From Bugula neritina (taxonomy: Eukaryota > Animalia > Bryozoa): a DNA stretch of 64,000 nucleotides. Location: contig OZ037765.1 in assembly GCA_964035545.1 (NCBI GenBank), positions 22,939,504 through 23,003,503 on the forward strand, written 5' to 3'. The notes below the pieces were generated by a model that was not told where the DNA came from, made no database searches, and worked only from the letters and a program-made list of their open reading frames with translations. Positions within the stretch are counted from its first letter, which is position 1. Every line of letters begins with the position of its first letter. A program made the translations under genes and the position numbers. Below are positions 40,301-53,049 of this stretch, piece after piece.

Positions 40301-40433
40301 TTACCACAGTAAGAATCATGCTACTAATGCTCAAGGTTCATCACGCGGCATGCAGGATTCTTTCAACTCTAAACACACCAAATCTGATAATTTCAATGCC
40401 TGGGGTACTGGTAAAAAGCGAACTAAGAAATGA
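25386..40433 (+). CDS. LRRIQ1: Leucine-rich repeat and IQ domain-containing protein 1-like, 25 coding exons, ~1661 aa
   Basis: Exons: 25386-25623, 25883-25974, 26145-26217, 26536-26783, 27045-27236, 27438-27577, 27786-27909, 28022-28830, 28997-29227, 29334-29472, 30141-30293, 31653-31800, 32230-32423, 33198-33399, 34727-34820, 35846-36004, 36566-36832, 37100-37550, 37948-38123, 38364-38570, 39077-39171, 39330-39437, 39640-39836, 40042-40156, 40300-40433; total 4986 nt. Domains: IQ motif [15 protein letters not shown], an E/K-rich helical region, SDS22-like LRRs (LxxLDLSHNxL) ending in LEGNPI...LPQLKYLDG, a second [20 protein letters not shown], and the motif [22 protein letters not shown]. 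Confidence 0.9.
28250..28426 (+). repeat. Coding 24-bp minisatellite, 7 full units, encoding KAEAEAKL
   Basis: aaagcagaagcagaggctaaactt units inside LRRIQ1 exon 8. Confidence 0.95.
30803..31112. mobile_element. Young MITE (non-autonomous TIR DNA transposon, PIF/Harbinger-like), 310 bp
   Basis: 57-bp terminal inverted repeats agcctagggccacacggtgcgtattttcgcatgcgaaaattgaaatcaca(a/t)gtagca with 1 mismatch. The interior is CpG-rich and has no ORF. It lies in LRRIQ1 intron 11. The superfamily call is an inference from the GGCCACAC-type terminus and tga/tta flanks. Confidence 0.88.
31872..32020. mobile_element. Degenerate MITE-like inverted repeat
   Basis: Left arm gttcccattgctt-tgaatggat; right arm reverse complement atttccattgcttctgcgaatggat. 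Confidence 0.5.
37422..37493 (+). repeat. Coding 12-bp repeat x6 (24-bp higher order) encoding (SHVGGHVG)3
   Basis: agccatgttggc ggccatgttgg(g/t) x3 in LRRIQ1 exon 18. Confidence 0.95.
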
Positions 40434-41122
40434 GCCGTCCTTAAATATATTATTTATCTATTAGTATTTTAATTCACTTAAAATTCCATTCTTATATTAT
40501 TATGTGAACAGTTTGCTTTTGTATTTATTTGATATATTTATAAATACTAAATTATTTAAACTTATAAGAAATGATATATATAGTGCACAGTTTTATAATT
40601 GAGCAATAGCGAAATAATACATTTTATAACAATGTTAAATACACCTAATCATGTGTTTGAAAAACATTACACAACACATATTATGAAAATTTGTTCTAAG
40701 AAAAAACCGAAATTCTAAAAAAAGTAATATTAAGAAGTACTATAAAAAAGTTTATAAAAATTCAATACAAAGACAAAAAGAATTAAATAGACAAAAATAT
40801 GCTTATAGCTAAATCAGAAAGAAATGCAAAAGATAGAGATTAGCCTTATTTTATTTTCTAAGGGCTTTTTGATGGCCAGTTTGCAACACTTAGTGCTGCA
40901 CAAATTAATGGACTTTGATGATTCTAAAATCAACGTTACTTGTATTACCTTGTTTGTCAAATGCTGTTAGCGCTGCACTACTTAGATTTTGATTGAGGTG
41001 ACGTTGATAAAATTGCATTTATCGATAGAAAAAACAAACTGAGAAACTGTATAGCAATAGTTGGAAGCTTCAATTGTTGGTCCATGAAATATCAATTATC
41101 TCTACTATTTCATGATTGGGAG

Positions 41123-44100
41123 TTAATCGTCATTAGTTTTTGCTTCTTTAGCTTCTAAAAGAGCCAAAAGCTTTGATTCTTTGATCCGTGATTCTTCAAC
41201 CAATTTTTCAACTTTTAGAGCAAGATCATAAATGACTGTTTCTGTTGAGCAATGCTTTTCAACGACATTTCTCTTGGGTATGCGTATAAACCATCGCTGA
41301 GCATTTTCATCCAAATATAAATGCTGTGGCCGGTAATAAGATTTCCCCAAACCTTCCTCAAACTCCAATGGCAGTCGAAGAGAGCCAACAGTCCACATAA
41401 TTTCTGATGCTTTTCGAACATCAGCGTAAGAATCACTCATCATGGCTATGAGTAAATTAAGCAGGACAATTGTGCAGAGGATTATGTATGTGGCATAAAC
41501 TATCTCAACCATAGCCTCAGATTTATTAAATTTTTCAAACTCGGACCCATCAGTTTCAAAATCCGACATGCCAACCATCCAATTAAACACAAAAAATATT
41601 GACTCGCTTCCAGTTAATCTCAGAGATGGAATGGTTTGAACCAGGGCGCTGTATGCAAATGAAAATGCCAAAAGTATAAACAAATAAATTAAGCCAAAGC
41701 GCAACATGTCCCTGAACAAAATATGTTTGAGAATAATTGAAAAATGGTGAACTTGTTTGAAACCACGTGTGAAGTTGATAGCAAAAACCCAGCCAAAAAT
41801 GTAACTTATTGCTAGTATATAATCCTGACTGGCCACGCAGTATCGATTCATAACATAAAATGTTATAGCAAATGTTGAATAGATAAAACCACAAAACTGC
41901 AAAATTATTGTTCCTAGCAGATATTCGCTCTGGTTTCTTGCATTCTGAAAGGCATGTGCAATCCCATTTCGTTTACAACTGAAAATCGTCTTAACAGCTA
42001 GAACTCCATCATACACTATAAGACATATTGGCCAAATCAGACACAGGGCAAGAGCTACCTCCAAGTTCCATGTCCGGACGTATAGTTCTGTTGCAGGTGT
42101 AGTGGTGTTCTGCTCTGCAAAACTTCCCACACATTTGAGGGACTCGATTCCGAAGTACGAATAGAGTGCCATAATCAAAATGTGTAAGAAGAATGCAGCA
42201 GCAAATAGCTTTTGATAAGCATTCCAATACGAATCAACTATGTTCTTGAAAGGAGAAGCATTGAGTATAGCCGCTACATCACCGTAGGCTTCGACCTTCA
42301 CAAGCAGCTCAGCAACACTCGCAGAATTAGCTACAGACTCAACATTATTTCCTTCACAATCTTTACTATCACTTGAAGGGGAGACGGCAGACAGTTTCTT
42401 TATATTATCTTTGTCTCTGGCACTCTCATGGGTGGAAGTGAATGGTAACAGATCTGACACATCATATAGAATGCTGTCATCTTGATGACTAGCAAACTTG
42501 AACACGTCTGTTATGTTTAGTATGTATATAAGCATGTCTACAAAGAAAACAGAAATACCCTTGTACAGATTTATACATACATTATACGTTTCAAAAACAG
42601 AAAACATAATTCATTTATTTATCTATTTGTACACTAATATCAAAAAGTAAACTAAAAATAACAGTCCATGCAAAACTACTGTTGAAAATATTAAGTGAAA
42701 ATTTACAAAGTTTTAAGCAATTATTCAATCACCACACTCGACTCTAGTCAAATGTAATTACATTATTATAACCACACTAGTAGCAATTTTAATATAACAC
42801 AACATGTGGATATATTCAACTAAATAAAATCAAGCCAACCTGTGGCAGCAAGTTTGGCAGCATACTGAGTGACATTGTATCCCTCTGGCTGATGCACATT
42901 AGTGAGAAGATGAAGTAGTGCTTCCTTTCTGTAAACTTTATAGTCATCTGCCTGTTCACTTGGAAGACTCTTTTTGGTAATTCTGCACCACCAATGGATG
43001 CAGTTGTTGCATATTGCTTCAAAAACCTAAAAATATATGTTGTGTAGACCATGCAGAGCTTATTTCTAACATGAATACAAAGATCTGTGTGAGACAATTC
43101 CCAATAAACATAGCCTAATTAATAATATGGCGTGCTGTTGGAGTAGGTCCAATTGGGGTAATCTATGAGAGTGGGACATTAATGCATTGATATAAAAAAA
43201 TGAAAATATTTTATTTAAAAAATATTAATAAAACTAAGGAAATAAAGACGTTTTATCAATTAGTTTGTTAACCATCACCAATTGATTAGATTGACCATTT
43301 TATGAAAGCACCAAACTATTGAGACCAATTTAGTAATTATGTAATATATGAGGTGGATATATAGCATTACTTTTCCCAGTCGAGGACCCAGGTTGATGAG
43401 TTGTTGTCAGCCACCAATTTACAGTGGACAGCAGCACATCAACAACGCCTGCAGTAATTATCTAAACTATTATAATTTATTTAAAAACTAACAAAAATCA
43501 AGTTGCATACCTTCATGTAATGCAGCTCATTCTCTCTATTCTGTGAGATTAGAAATGCTATTTCATGCAGAACAGAACGTCCGGATGAGTTAGGTTGCAC
43601 TAAATTGGCACCTTGTTTAATCAACATTGCTGCCATGCTAGGGTGACCGTGTCTTGCTGCCAAATGTAGGGGTGTTTCACCTGATCCATCATGGAGGTTC
43701 AGGTCAATTGACCGGCCAACAACAGAAAAGGTTTTTATCAGTTTTGCCATCGTCTCATAGTCCCCATTTCCTATGGCTGCAACATACACACATATAACAT
43801 AGTAGTGTATTTATGAATAAGATGTTTTTATTGAATTAGCAAAATGTTTTCAGCATTATGTTAAATTGTAAATGATAAATTTTAAAAAGTAATTTGCATA
43901 ATTTTACAAGAGTATAATTTATCCCAAATTTAGAGTTACTGAATTAGCAAACTAATGAGAAGACAATTCTTATATTTTTTACTGAGCGAGCTCTCCAACG
44001 GCACAACACTCTACAATGATTATAGAACAATTAGAGTGCGTAAAGATGTTATGGTCACAGAAGTACCTATGTGTAAAGGAGATGCCCCATTCGCATCCAG

Positions 44101-47100
44101 TACATTGGGAGACAAGTGGTGTAACTCATCAATAATGGCAGAGTTTCCAGCCAACACCGCTGCGTGGAGAGCAGATCTCTGGTGAATATCCTGTCCAAAT
44201 ATTGGATATTTTCATTAGAGGCAGAGTGATTTGTGTAGCTGCAGCCTTCACAGCATTATGTTGCTATCAAGTGCCTTTATATTGTTCATACATACTTTTT
44301 TCCACACAGCTCAACTGAAGTAGTTTTTATCAATAAAGTAATGATGAAACAAAGTGGTAAAAAGCCATTTCTGCATTTAAGGCAGAAATCAGTTTAAAAT
44401 GCCAGAGAGCTATTTAGCCATATCTATAAAAATCAAAAGGAAACTTACAAACTAATTATTTCACAATTTCTTACTTCATTGACATTTACGTTTTGTGTCA
44501 GTTTTAAAAATAATCATTGCAGCCTTAGAAAAATTTAACATTTTAAGAAAACTTCTTCAATTTTTTGTTCATATTTTATTTAAAAATATTTTCACAAAAT
44601 AAAATCGTTAAATATAAGTCTTACAGCCATACCTTGACGTGTACGACTGTCCAATCATGGTGTAGAATCATCTGAGTGATAAGGACTTTAGTGTGTTTAA
44701 CTAGAACACCCATAGTGCGGGTGGCTAGGTGGAGTGCCGTCTGATTGTGTGTGTTGGTTTGACTGAGATCACTGAGCGGAAGCAGTAGGGCTATGGCTTC
44801 ATTGCATGCATATTCACATGCTATGTGCAGCGCAGTGTAACCTCGAATATCCTGTGTGTGTATAAACGTATATGCCAAGAAATATATTCACTGTTTACTA
44901 TTTACTATTTAAGAAAGTTGTGAAACTTTATTGCATGTAAATACAATTTATTACAAATGAATATCATTTTAGTTTAAATGTTTCAACACAACAGACATAG
45001 TAAAAGAAATCATATACACAACAGGGAAGATGAAGTTCTATTCGAAAAAAAAACTTCTGTAAGAAAAAATTTGTGTACATAGCTGCAAAAAATCAGCATG
45101 ACAATATTGTCATTAATGCCTTTACATATATAAAGAGGTACCTGAGTTCGACATAGAAACTCGGTGCTAAATTTGCTGAGGGTTTCTATCTGGTTATGTT
45201 TGGCAGCGACATGAATGAATGTGCTCTGGTCACTATCGACAGCAAACGTATCAAGGTTCATGTCTATTAAAAACTGTATAATATCATTGTCACCTGCAAA
45301 TAAAATCACAACTTATATAAGTAAATACCACATTAACATTGATTAATAGGCTACAAAAAAGTAACTGTTTAAAAAATATTCAATGGCTTGCCTTAGATAC
45401 TCCATTGTAAGTTGTAAAAAAATGTATAAAAATACAAAAAGATAAATTAATCTAAATTAAAATCCAAATGAGATATAATTACGAAAACTACTAGTAAGCA
45501 TAAAAGGCAAATTAGTTTATAAGACTATAAGTGATTTTTCTGTTTAGCATACTAAATAATCAATTCCATTATAGCCTTACAACAGTTGCTAATCAATACA
45601 CCATCAATAACATGCAGTGTAGAGTGAGCTCTTAGTTAGCCTACCAGCCTTCTCTTACCATGGTTGGCCTGATGAATGAGAATTCAATCTACTCTGCTCA
45701 AGCTAGTCTTTTAAGAGTCTAATGCCAAATAAAGTTTGGTTTTCCACAATTTTGATTTAATTACTAACTTTAAAATTATTATGACCAGTTTTTTTAATAA
45801 CTTCACTTATAGCTCAACAAGACAAAGTTCATACCAATGGAGGCAGCTGCATGTAAAGGAGTGATTCCAGGAGGAAGTATTAACTTTTGTGGACTCGCTG
45901 TGCGAGGTCTATGAGACAAGTGCGAGACTATGGTGGTAGTTATTTGCTCTTGTCTATTTGTGTCAAGATTGTTGTTAGCCGCCAGTTCATCAGGTGAAGT
46001 TACATGATCTACCAGAGTCTAAAATATATTCCTCAGAACCTTAATATTAATTAATATTATTCGATGGTATATGAGGGTTTCTTCTAAGAACAATTTAATA
46101 AAATATGCATTTATCTCCATAATTCATAATAAGATAAACTAATTAATTAATGAATTAATTAGAATGTGCTTATTCAGAGACACTAAATTCATTTCAATGT
46201 TGTTACATGTTTCAGATATTTACATTATTATCCATCAATTTGCAATGAAGAAAATTTTACTATTCAAAATTTGAATTGGTGGGTAGATAAAACCAACATA
46301 CACTTATAAATACTAATAATACAATTTGTTCTGTTACTATACCATCAATAACTTGGCATTTTTCTGTTCTAGAGCAAAATCCCAGACTGTCTTTCCATCG
46401 TGATTTCTGTGGTTAAAACTACTTCCAACCTTAGCAAGAAACACAACCACAAAGTGTTGGCCATGAGACGCAGCCAATAAGAGAGCATCATTACCTTTGT
46501 CATCAACAGCGTCTATCGCAGCACCTGAACATGACACCATGCAAAATACAACTAGAACTATCATGTGCTTGTGACAAAAATATGATTAATATGATACTAT
46601 ATAGCCACTAAATACCAAGCAGTTTAAATTAACATATACTCATAAAAAGTTGTAATAACTTAAAAGAATAAAGTCTGTAACAGAATTTTACAAATAATAG
46701 CTGTTTACCAAAATTAATTTCAAGTAAATAAAATGAAAAAAAAATATAATAAAATATTTTTTTTATTTTATAAAAGGTCTGTCCAAATTTAACATATATA
46801 TTTATGAGAAATATTATGTTCACACTGCAGGCACAGTTCCGTAGAAGCCATCTTGCCTTACCTGCATCTAGCAATAGTACTGCTATGTCCAAGTGACCTT
46901 CCACAGCTGCAAAGTGTAGGGCAGTGTGCCCACTCTTCATTGTGGTGTTGACATCCGCATTGTGCTCTATCAGCAGCTTCACTATGTCAGTGAACCCCAT
47001 GGCAGAGGCAGCTATTATGGGACACACTAACCCAAGACGCCTTTTGATATTCACATTAATATCTTTACTTTCAGCCAACAGAACCTACAAGAGAGCGTTT

Positions 47101-50100
47101 TATGTACATTCTGTAAGCCTGCAGAGGTTTTCAAATATGATTCAACTTTCGGAATTTTAGAATTCTTTTTCAAAAATAAACTTCAATATAGCACACAATC
47201 TTCTGCAACGCAATATTGAGCCAATTGACAGCAAACGCTGCTTGTCTTGGTAAGTATTAAACAAATACTTGTTACTATAAATAGTTTGATTATAGCAACA
47301 GCGAAATACAATATTAATAACATTTACACATAACCAGGGAAGAGTTTAGATGGAAACTTTGAACTTCAGAAACTCACAAAACAAATACAAATATTCAAGT
47401 TGGTAAGCAAAAATTAATATCGCATCCTCCTACCCTGACCACTTCGGTGTGCCCATTCCGGCAGGCCCAATGCAGCGCACTGGAGCCTTTGTCATTCTGT
47501 CCATTCACGTTGGCTCCAGCTCTAATGAGAAGCTGCACAGTAAAATATTTATTATCATTAGCAGCCCACAGAATTGGTAAATCTCCTTTATCATTGGCCA
47601 GGTCCACAGGCATTTGACATTCGCTTATAAAGTACTTCACCAGCTCTACAAGTCAAACAAGTAATACCAATAATATACCTTCTAGAGATTGTGCCAAAAG
47701 AACTTTAAAAAATCTGTAGGCTCACAAGTGATAGAGTAGAGAGAAATATTTTTTTGATTATATTGTGAAAAAAATGGTGCAAATTCTATGTTTTTAAATG
47801 TTAGACATTTCAGACAAATTTCCTTCCATCTTACCGTTATTACCGCATTTAGCGGCAACATGTAGGCATGTCAGTGGGCGTGGCCTCTGACCCTCAGGTA
47901 CAATAACTGTCGTCATATACAGGAGTTTAGTCTTCAACTCCTGATCAGTCAGACTCGATAGTATTAACTTAACTGCAGCCACGTGGCCCTTCTCAGTAGC
48001 AACGTGCAGTACAGAGATCTTGGACTTCTTGCCTCCAACCATTACCTACATTTAATACATACATAGAGGTTTATATAAATGAGGATCTGAAAAAAATATA
48101 ATCCAGTTTCAACATTAATGAGTTTGTCATTTTTCCCCTGGCCCATGCTATCTGCTTAGTAGATTTCATAATATCAGGGTAAGAAAGTAAATATAAATAT
48201 AGCTATTTTACAAAAAAGAAATTATGAGAACATAACTCCAAACTGATAAACTGTGATCATAAAATATAGAGGTAAGTGCATTAATGGGGAAATTGAGAAA
48301 AGCTTATGTTCTAGTTTGAAAATGTAGCAAAATAAGTTAAATTATCACAAGAATTTTAACCCAGGCCCAACATTTATCAAGAAACTACAGAACTTAGGAA
48401 TTTCGATTTCTACACCTAAATGATAATGTATATGTTGTACGAGACTTGTACTGCATACCTGTTGACACATGCACACATATTTATCACTGAAGACAGTCAG
48501 CAAGTACTGAAGGAGCTCCATATTCACACTGGAGTAACTCAGTGCCCTGTGAATCAGAGTTTCGTCTGATTTGGACTGAACCAGCTTCTCAACATCACCT
48601 TTATTTCTCGTCACTTTGTCCAGACTAGACTTGAGATCAGCCAAATTCCCACAATCAACGGCATTGAAACATTCTGCAATTGCCTACAAGAATACAAAAA
48701 TGTAACTACCAACAGCTGTATTTGTCTTGATAGATGACCATCCTACAAATCAAGTACGGTTCGTGATATTAACGGTTGGCTTACCGGATATTAACAGACA
48801 TTTACAACGAAAAATTTACTTTTTGCATTTTTTCGTGCTGAAAGAAATATTTTTTTTTTTGTATATGGATGTCACTTTTTGTGCTTACTTGAGCATTTGT
48901 AAATCACAGATTATTATAACATCTTTCGGCTTTTGCCAAAACTCACAACTGTTGATGGTGTTATAGAACAACACTTGAGAACATAGAGATCAAAGCAGAG
49001 TGCATGCAAAGAATCACTAGTGCGTAATGTTCAAAATATACATGCATGCTACCATACAAAGAGGAAGGATATAAATTCTACAGTCTTCTACAGTCCTGCA
49101 TTGAAATAAGTTTATAGTTACTAATCAAACAAATATTTTGCTAGATCAATGGGTACATACAATGTAACTATGTACATTGCAATTGATTATGGAACTATTC
49201 AACATATGACTATTGTTTATCATCTTACCAGGATGTGATATTGAATAGTATCTGAAAATCAACAAGTTTCATACAATGCAACCAAAAGGTGAACCGCATG
49301 TATGAGTAAACTGACAACCTACATGTTATACATTTGACCAAAAGGATATCCAACTTAGTAAACCTACGCTTTCTAATGACATGAGGTTCATTGACCAAAA
49401 CACTGCTTACATGTTATTATTATTATGTAAGCACAGCTAACCCATGCAGATACCCTGTAATCTATATGCAGGTTGAATGAACTGTCACATATTCATGCAG
49501 TTGTGTCTTAGTAGAGACTGTATCTAAACACAAGGAAATTAGGAATCTGCCTTAGAACAAGTTGATATGCCTTAAACCATCACCCACTAAACTTAAATTT
49601 ATTAGAACACTCATTTTCAAATCAGTTTTAGTAAAAACTATATCTACCATGGTTTGTCAGTTTTGTACTATTTTCATATATTTTACATACAGAATTTCCG
49701 TGGGTAGGTTAATGCTTATGATTGAAAAACAACATATTTTCTTTTTAAGTTAGTAGCATCAATTTTTGACACTTATAAATTTATTCCTAGAGTCATTAGG
49801 CTAAAGAGTTTCAATAACAAAACTGTTTTAGATAAAAACACACACAGGGTATGAACTACAGGAGCAAATTAGTTTCGCAGTATTTGAAACTGCTTAAATT
49901 TTACACTTATCCTCCGTTGACTTTTTGCATTGGTTCAAAAAATATGCATACTTGCATAACATTTTCACCTCATGTGAACCGTATTTTAAGGTTCTCTAAA
50001 CTAATAAAGTCTTGTAACAGAATTCAAAATATCTGCCCAACTTACAGGTTTATGAAAATAAAGCATTGGATTTGAGATCCCAAAATGCACATATATCGGA

Positions 50101-51614
50101 GAAATTAACTACAGAAAGATATTTTTTTAGATGTAACTTATTCATAACTAATATAAATACACTCCAAATACTATTGGTGACCAGCCAATAGGGAGTAACA
50201 ACTAATGTGACTACAAACATGGAGATGAGGCTTTTACCTGCTCATAATCTATTACTTCCTTTCTAGATTCATCTTTTAACACAGTCACCTTCTCCAGCAC
50301 TGCGGTCTTCCTTTTCTTGTTATCAATAAACTTCTGAACAGTTTTTGTCATCAACTTAAAAAGTGAGAAATAACTATATAAAATATACTGCAATATATAT
50401 GTAGGCCCACCAAACCACTACCCGAACAAGATAAAGCGGAGATTGGTGAGAAAAAAAATATATGTAGGCGCAAAACAGCATGTTTAAAATGTATAAGAAC
50501 GAGCAAAGAAATACATAAATATGTGCTGCAATATAATAATATATACAAAAAGCAAAATTATTCAGATTTTGTTATAAATATCTGAGAATTCATATCATAT
50601 TAGAGTATTAGCAGCATTTTTTAGTAATCTGCATCAATGTGTCATAGTGCATTTGATTAAGTGCATTATGACAGCGCTAAGAGATCCTGGTACAAGCACA
50701 GAATATTTTACATAGCTGCTGCAGTCATCTGGGATTAATTCAAATAAAATCTTTTCAGCACTCACTGCACACCGAGACTGCCATTGAGTTGTTATTATTG
50801 CTCAAGTTTAATAGCAGAATACAATCTATTATTTAAAACTATTACCTGAATGAATACCACGTGATAAAGCACACCACAGTCATGAAATATTAAGGTTGTT
50901 GAAAATCAAGTCTCAACTACAGATAAGAAAAGCTCTCAAAATAGAAAAGATAGATACATGAAATAAATGTGAATCTGAATTTATTAAGCATCTAAAATAG
51001 ACTAACAAGTCTAATGGCTAACTTACCCTGTGTTCCTAAAATATATTCAAAACAAGGGTGATTGTCACGTTAGCATGCCGTAAATCAAAGAAGGATGTAT
51101 TAAGGTAGAACTTTCAACTTGATTATAGTAATTAATAATATGAATGTTTATTAGCAGATTTTGCAGAGTAATACTCTCTTCCAGGGTATGAAACTAGTAT
51201 CTTGGAACACTTAGAAATTGCTTACATTTCAATATTGTTATCACTGTGGATTTTTATATCAGTGACTGCTCACTACATAGTCAATACACAAATGCACTAA
51301 AGCTGTTTGACTAAGTATCTGATATATTATATTACTAGAAAATAACTAAATATAAGCACTCAAATGATAAACATGTGAGCCCTCTAAAGTCATAAAATTA
51401 TAACACATGTCAAACTGATGAACTTCACAACTGCTTCTATATACACTCCACATACCATAACATAATCTTAAAAATTCTATAGTTGTTTAGTTACTTGGTA
51501 TTAAATTACCTTTTCCTGTTCTTCAGTAACCTCTTTCTGCTTATTTCTTCTCATAACAAGCAAAGCTTTGAAGTCGCCATCTAAGCTGTCTGCATTGGAA
51601 GTGAAGTCTTCCAT
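41123..51614 (-). CDS. TRP cation channel, TRPV-like pore with a long ankyrin array, 14 coding exons, ~1273 aa
   Basis: Exons (minus): 51614-51510, 50354-50238, 48683-48459, 48045-47835, 47645-47434, 47084-46862, 46524-46343, 46018-45835, 45293-45142, 44851-44633, 44190-44067, 43776-43511, 43026-42840, 42537-41123; total 3822 nt, phases consistent. About 17-18 ankyrin repeats (GxT(A/P)LHxA), six hydrophobic segments, S4-S5 linker FTRGFKQVHHFSIILKHILFRDMLRF, pore FNWMVGMSDF, S6 LLNLLIAMMSDSY. Confidence 0.9.
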
Positions 51615-51813
51615 GCTGAAACCTCACCACGCTGTTACTCCTCACATTTACTTCATACCCTTTAAAACAGATTCCCAAAGAACAATCAATTTCTGCTAAT
51701 CAAGGTCTTTCCCTGTACAATGCAACTAAAACTGTCCAATAATTTAATTTAATATAAACAAGCAATATAACAATATCGGCATAAGCAAATTTCAACTAAA
51801 ACAGCGTTCTTTA

Positions 51814-51834
51814 GGGGGCGGGGGGGGGGGGGGG
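51814..51834 (+). repeat. Poly-G tract (G5CG15)
   Basis: Directly visible; lies in the 5' intron of the TRP gene. Confidence 0.9.
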
Positions 51835-52319
51835 CATAGTGTGTTAAAATTTGTATTATAATTATATCTCAATAACATTTAATCTTATTGCTACTTAAAT
51901 ATAAGAAGACATGCCTATTTCAAAGCAAAGACTAAGTTAGTGAACAAAATTCAAATTATTATTAATACAGTATTACATGACATTTAATGCTGACTGTGTA
52001 TTCAAATTAACCTAATTGATCTAGTGGTACAGTAGCAATACAATTGAGTAGAATATAAAACCTGTTGCTGAATGTTCATTCATCCATGCCCTTTTCCATA
52101 GTATTGCTGCCACAATTAGGTGACTAGCAGTTAACATAAAAATGCACATCGAGGTATTAGGCTTATAGCTATACTACCATTTTTTAGGAAAGCCAAATGT
52201 GATATGTCATACACAGCAACTCATCAAAGTGACTGTGCGAATTATACAAATTAAAATATAAATTAAATAAAATTATTGAATCAGTGCTACTGACTGACCC
52301 AACCTGTTACAGATGAATA

Positions 52320-53030
52320 TGAATACAAATGCTATGGTACTAACAAACAATAATACTAATAGTACTAGTAATAGTTATAGTACTATCACCACTATTATAA
52401 TTATTAAACTGAATTATTTAAATCATTGCTATTATTACAATTATAATTAATACTATGATTATAAATATAATTTTACAAATACAATCATGAATAAGTAAGA
52501 AATAAAAGCTATCAATAAATATTATATAAATACCAATATTCTATCAGTCATAATGATAACCAGTTTCAATGCAAGTTTGAGTTTTAGTTTTACTTTCAAT
52601 GTTAAAAATGAAAGTAGTTGAAATACTAGTAAAATATAAAATTAAGTGTCAGTATGAGTAACTGTAAGACTAAGGAGAAAGAGTGACTATCAGAGTATCA
52701 CTATGACAGTCACAGTCAGAAAGTGTGAGTGACATACTAATACTAATACTAGTAGTAATACATCATTATGATAAACTTAAAATTATTATGATTAACTTTA
52801 AGTTTAAGTGATTATCATTATTATAGTACTAATAGTAGTAGTAGTAGTAGTAGTAGTAGCAGTAGCAGTAGCAGTATCAGTAGTAGTAGTAGAACTACTA
52901 CTACTACTAGCACACTCACACTGTACAGTGGTAGCATTATACAGTATAACTATAAGACTAAGTATTACTATTACAAGTATTAGTATTAGTATCACGGCAG
53001 TTTCATCACAGGCTCTTGTTACTAACTAAA
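52320..53030. repeat. Cryptic period-6 tract including (AGT)n/(AGTAGC)n runs
   Basis: agtgtcagtatgagt (52645), agtatcactatgacagtcacagtc (52694), atactaatactaatactagtagtaatac, (agt)n 52834-52890, agtattagtattagtatc. Confidence 0.8.
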
Positions 53031-53049
53031 CTTAATCGCTGAGTTTAAG

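Noticed and set aside
42816-43097. ORF-track frame (…RFLKQYATT…) as the TRP exon
   Set aside because: Wrong frame; the phase-consistent reading is VFEAICNNCIHWWC…YAAKLAAT.
43392-43443. SECIS element (ATGA...AA hairpin)
   Set aside because: No closing GA for the kink-turn quartet, and no in-frame TGA gene upstream on that strand.
43340-43462. Extra TRP exon with a possible U12-type (ATATCC) donor
   Set aside because: The flanking exons already join in phase 0 (ELHYMK|VFEAIC). The candidate gives no consistent downstream phase and the donor deviates from ATATCCTT.
4590-50360. Use of AAG 3' splice sites (4593, 13427, 27045, 28997, 50354)
   Set aside because: Five of ~49 introns in AT-rich DNA is too small a sample to call unusual, and some have alternative nearby acceptors.
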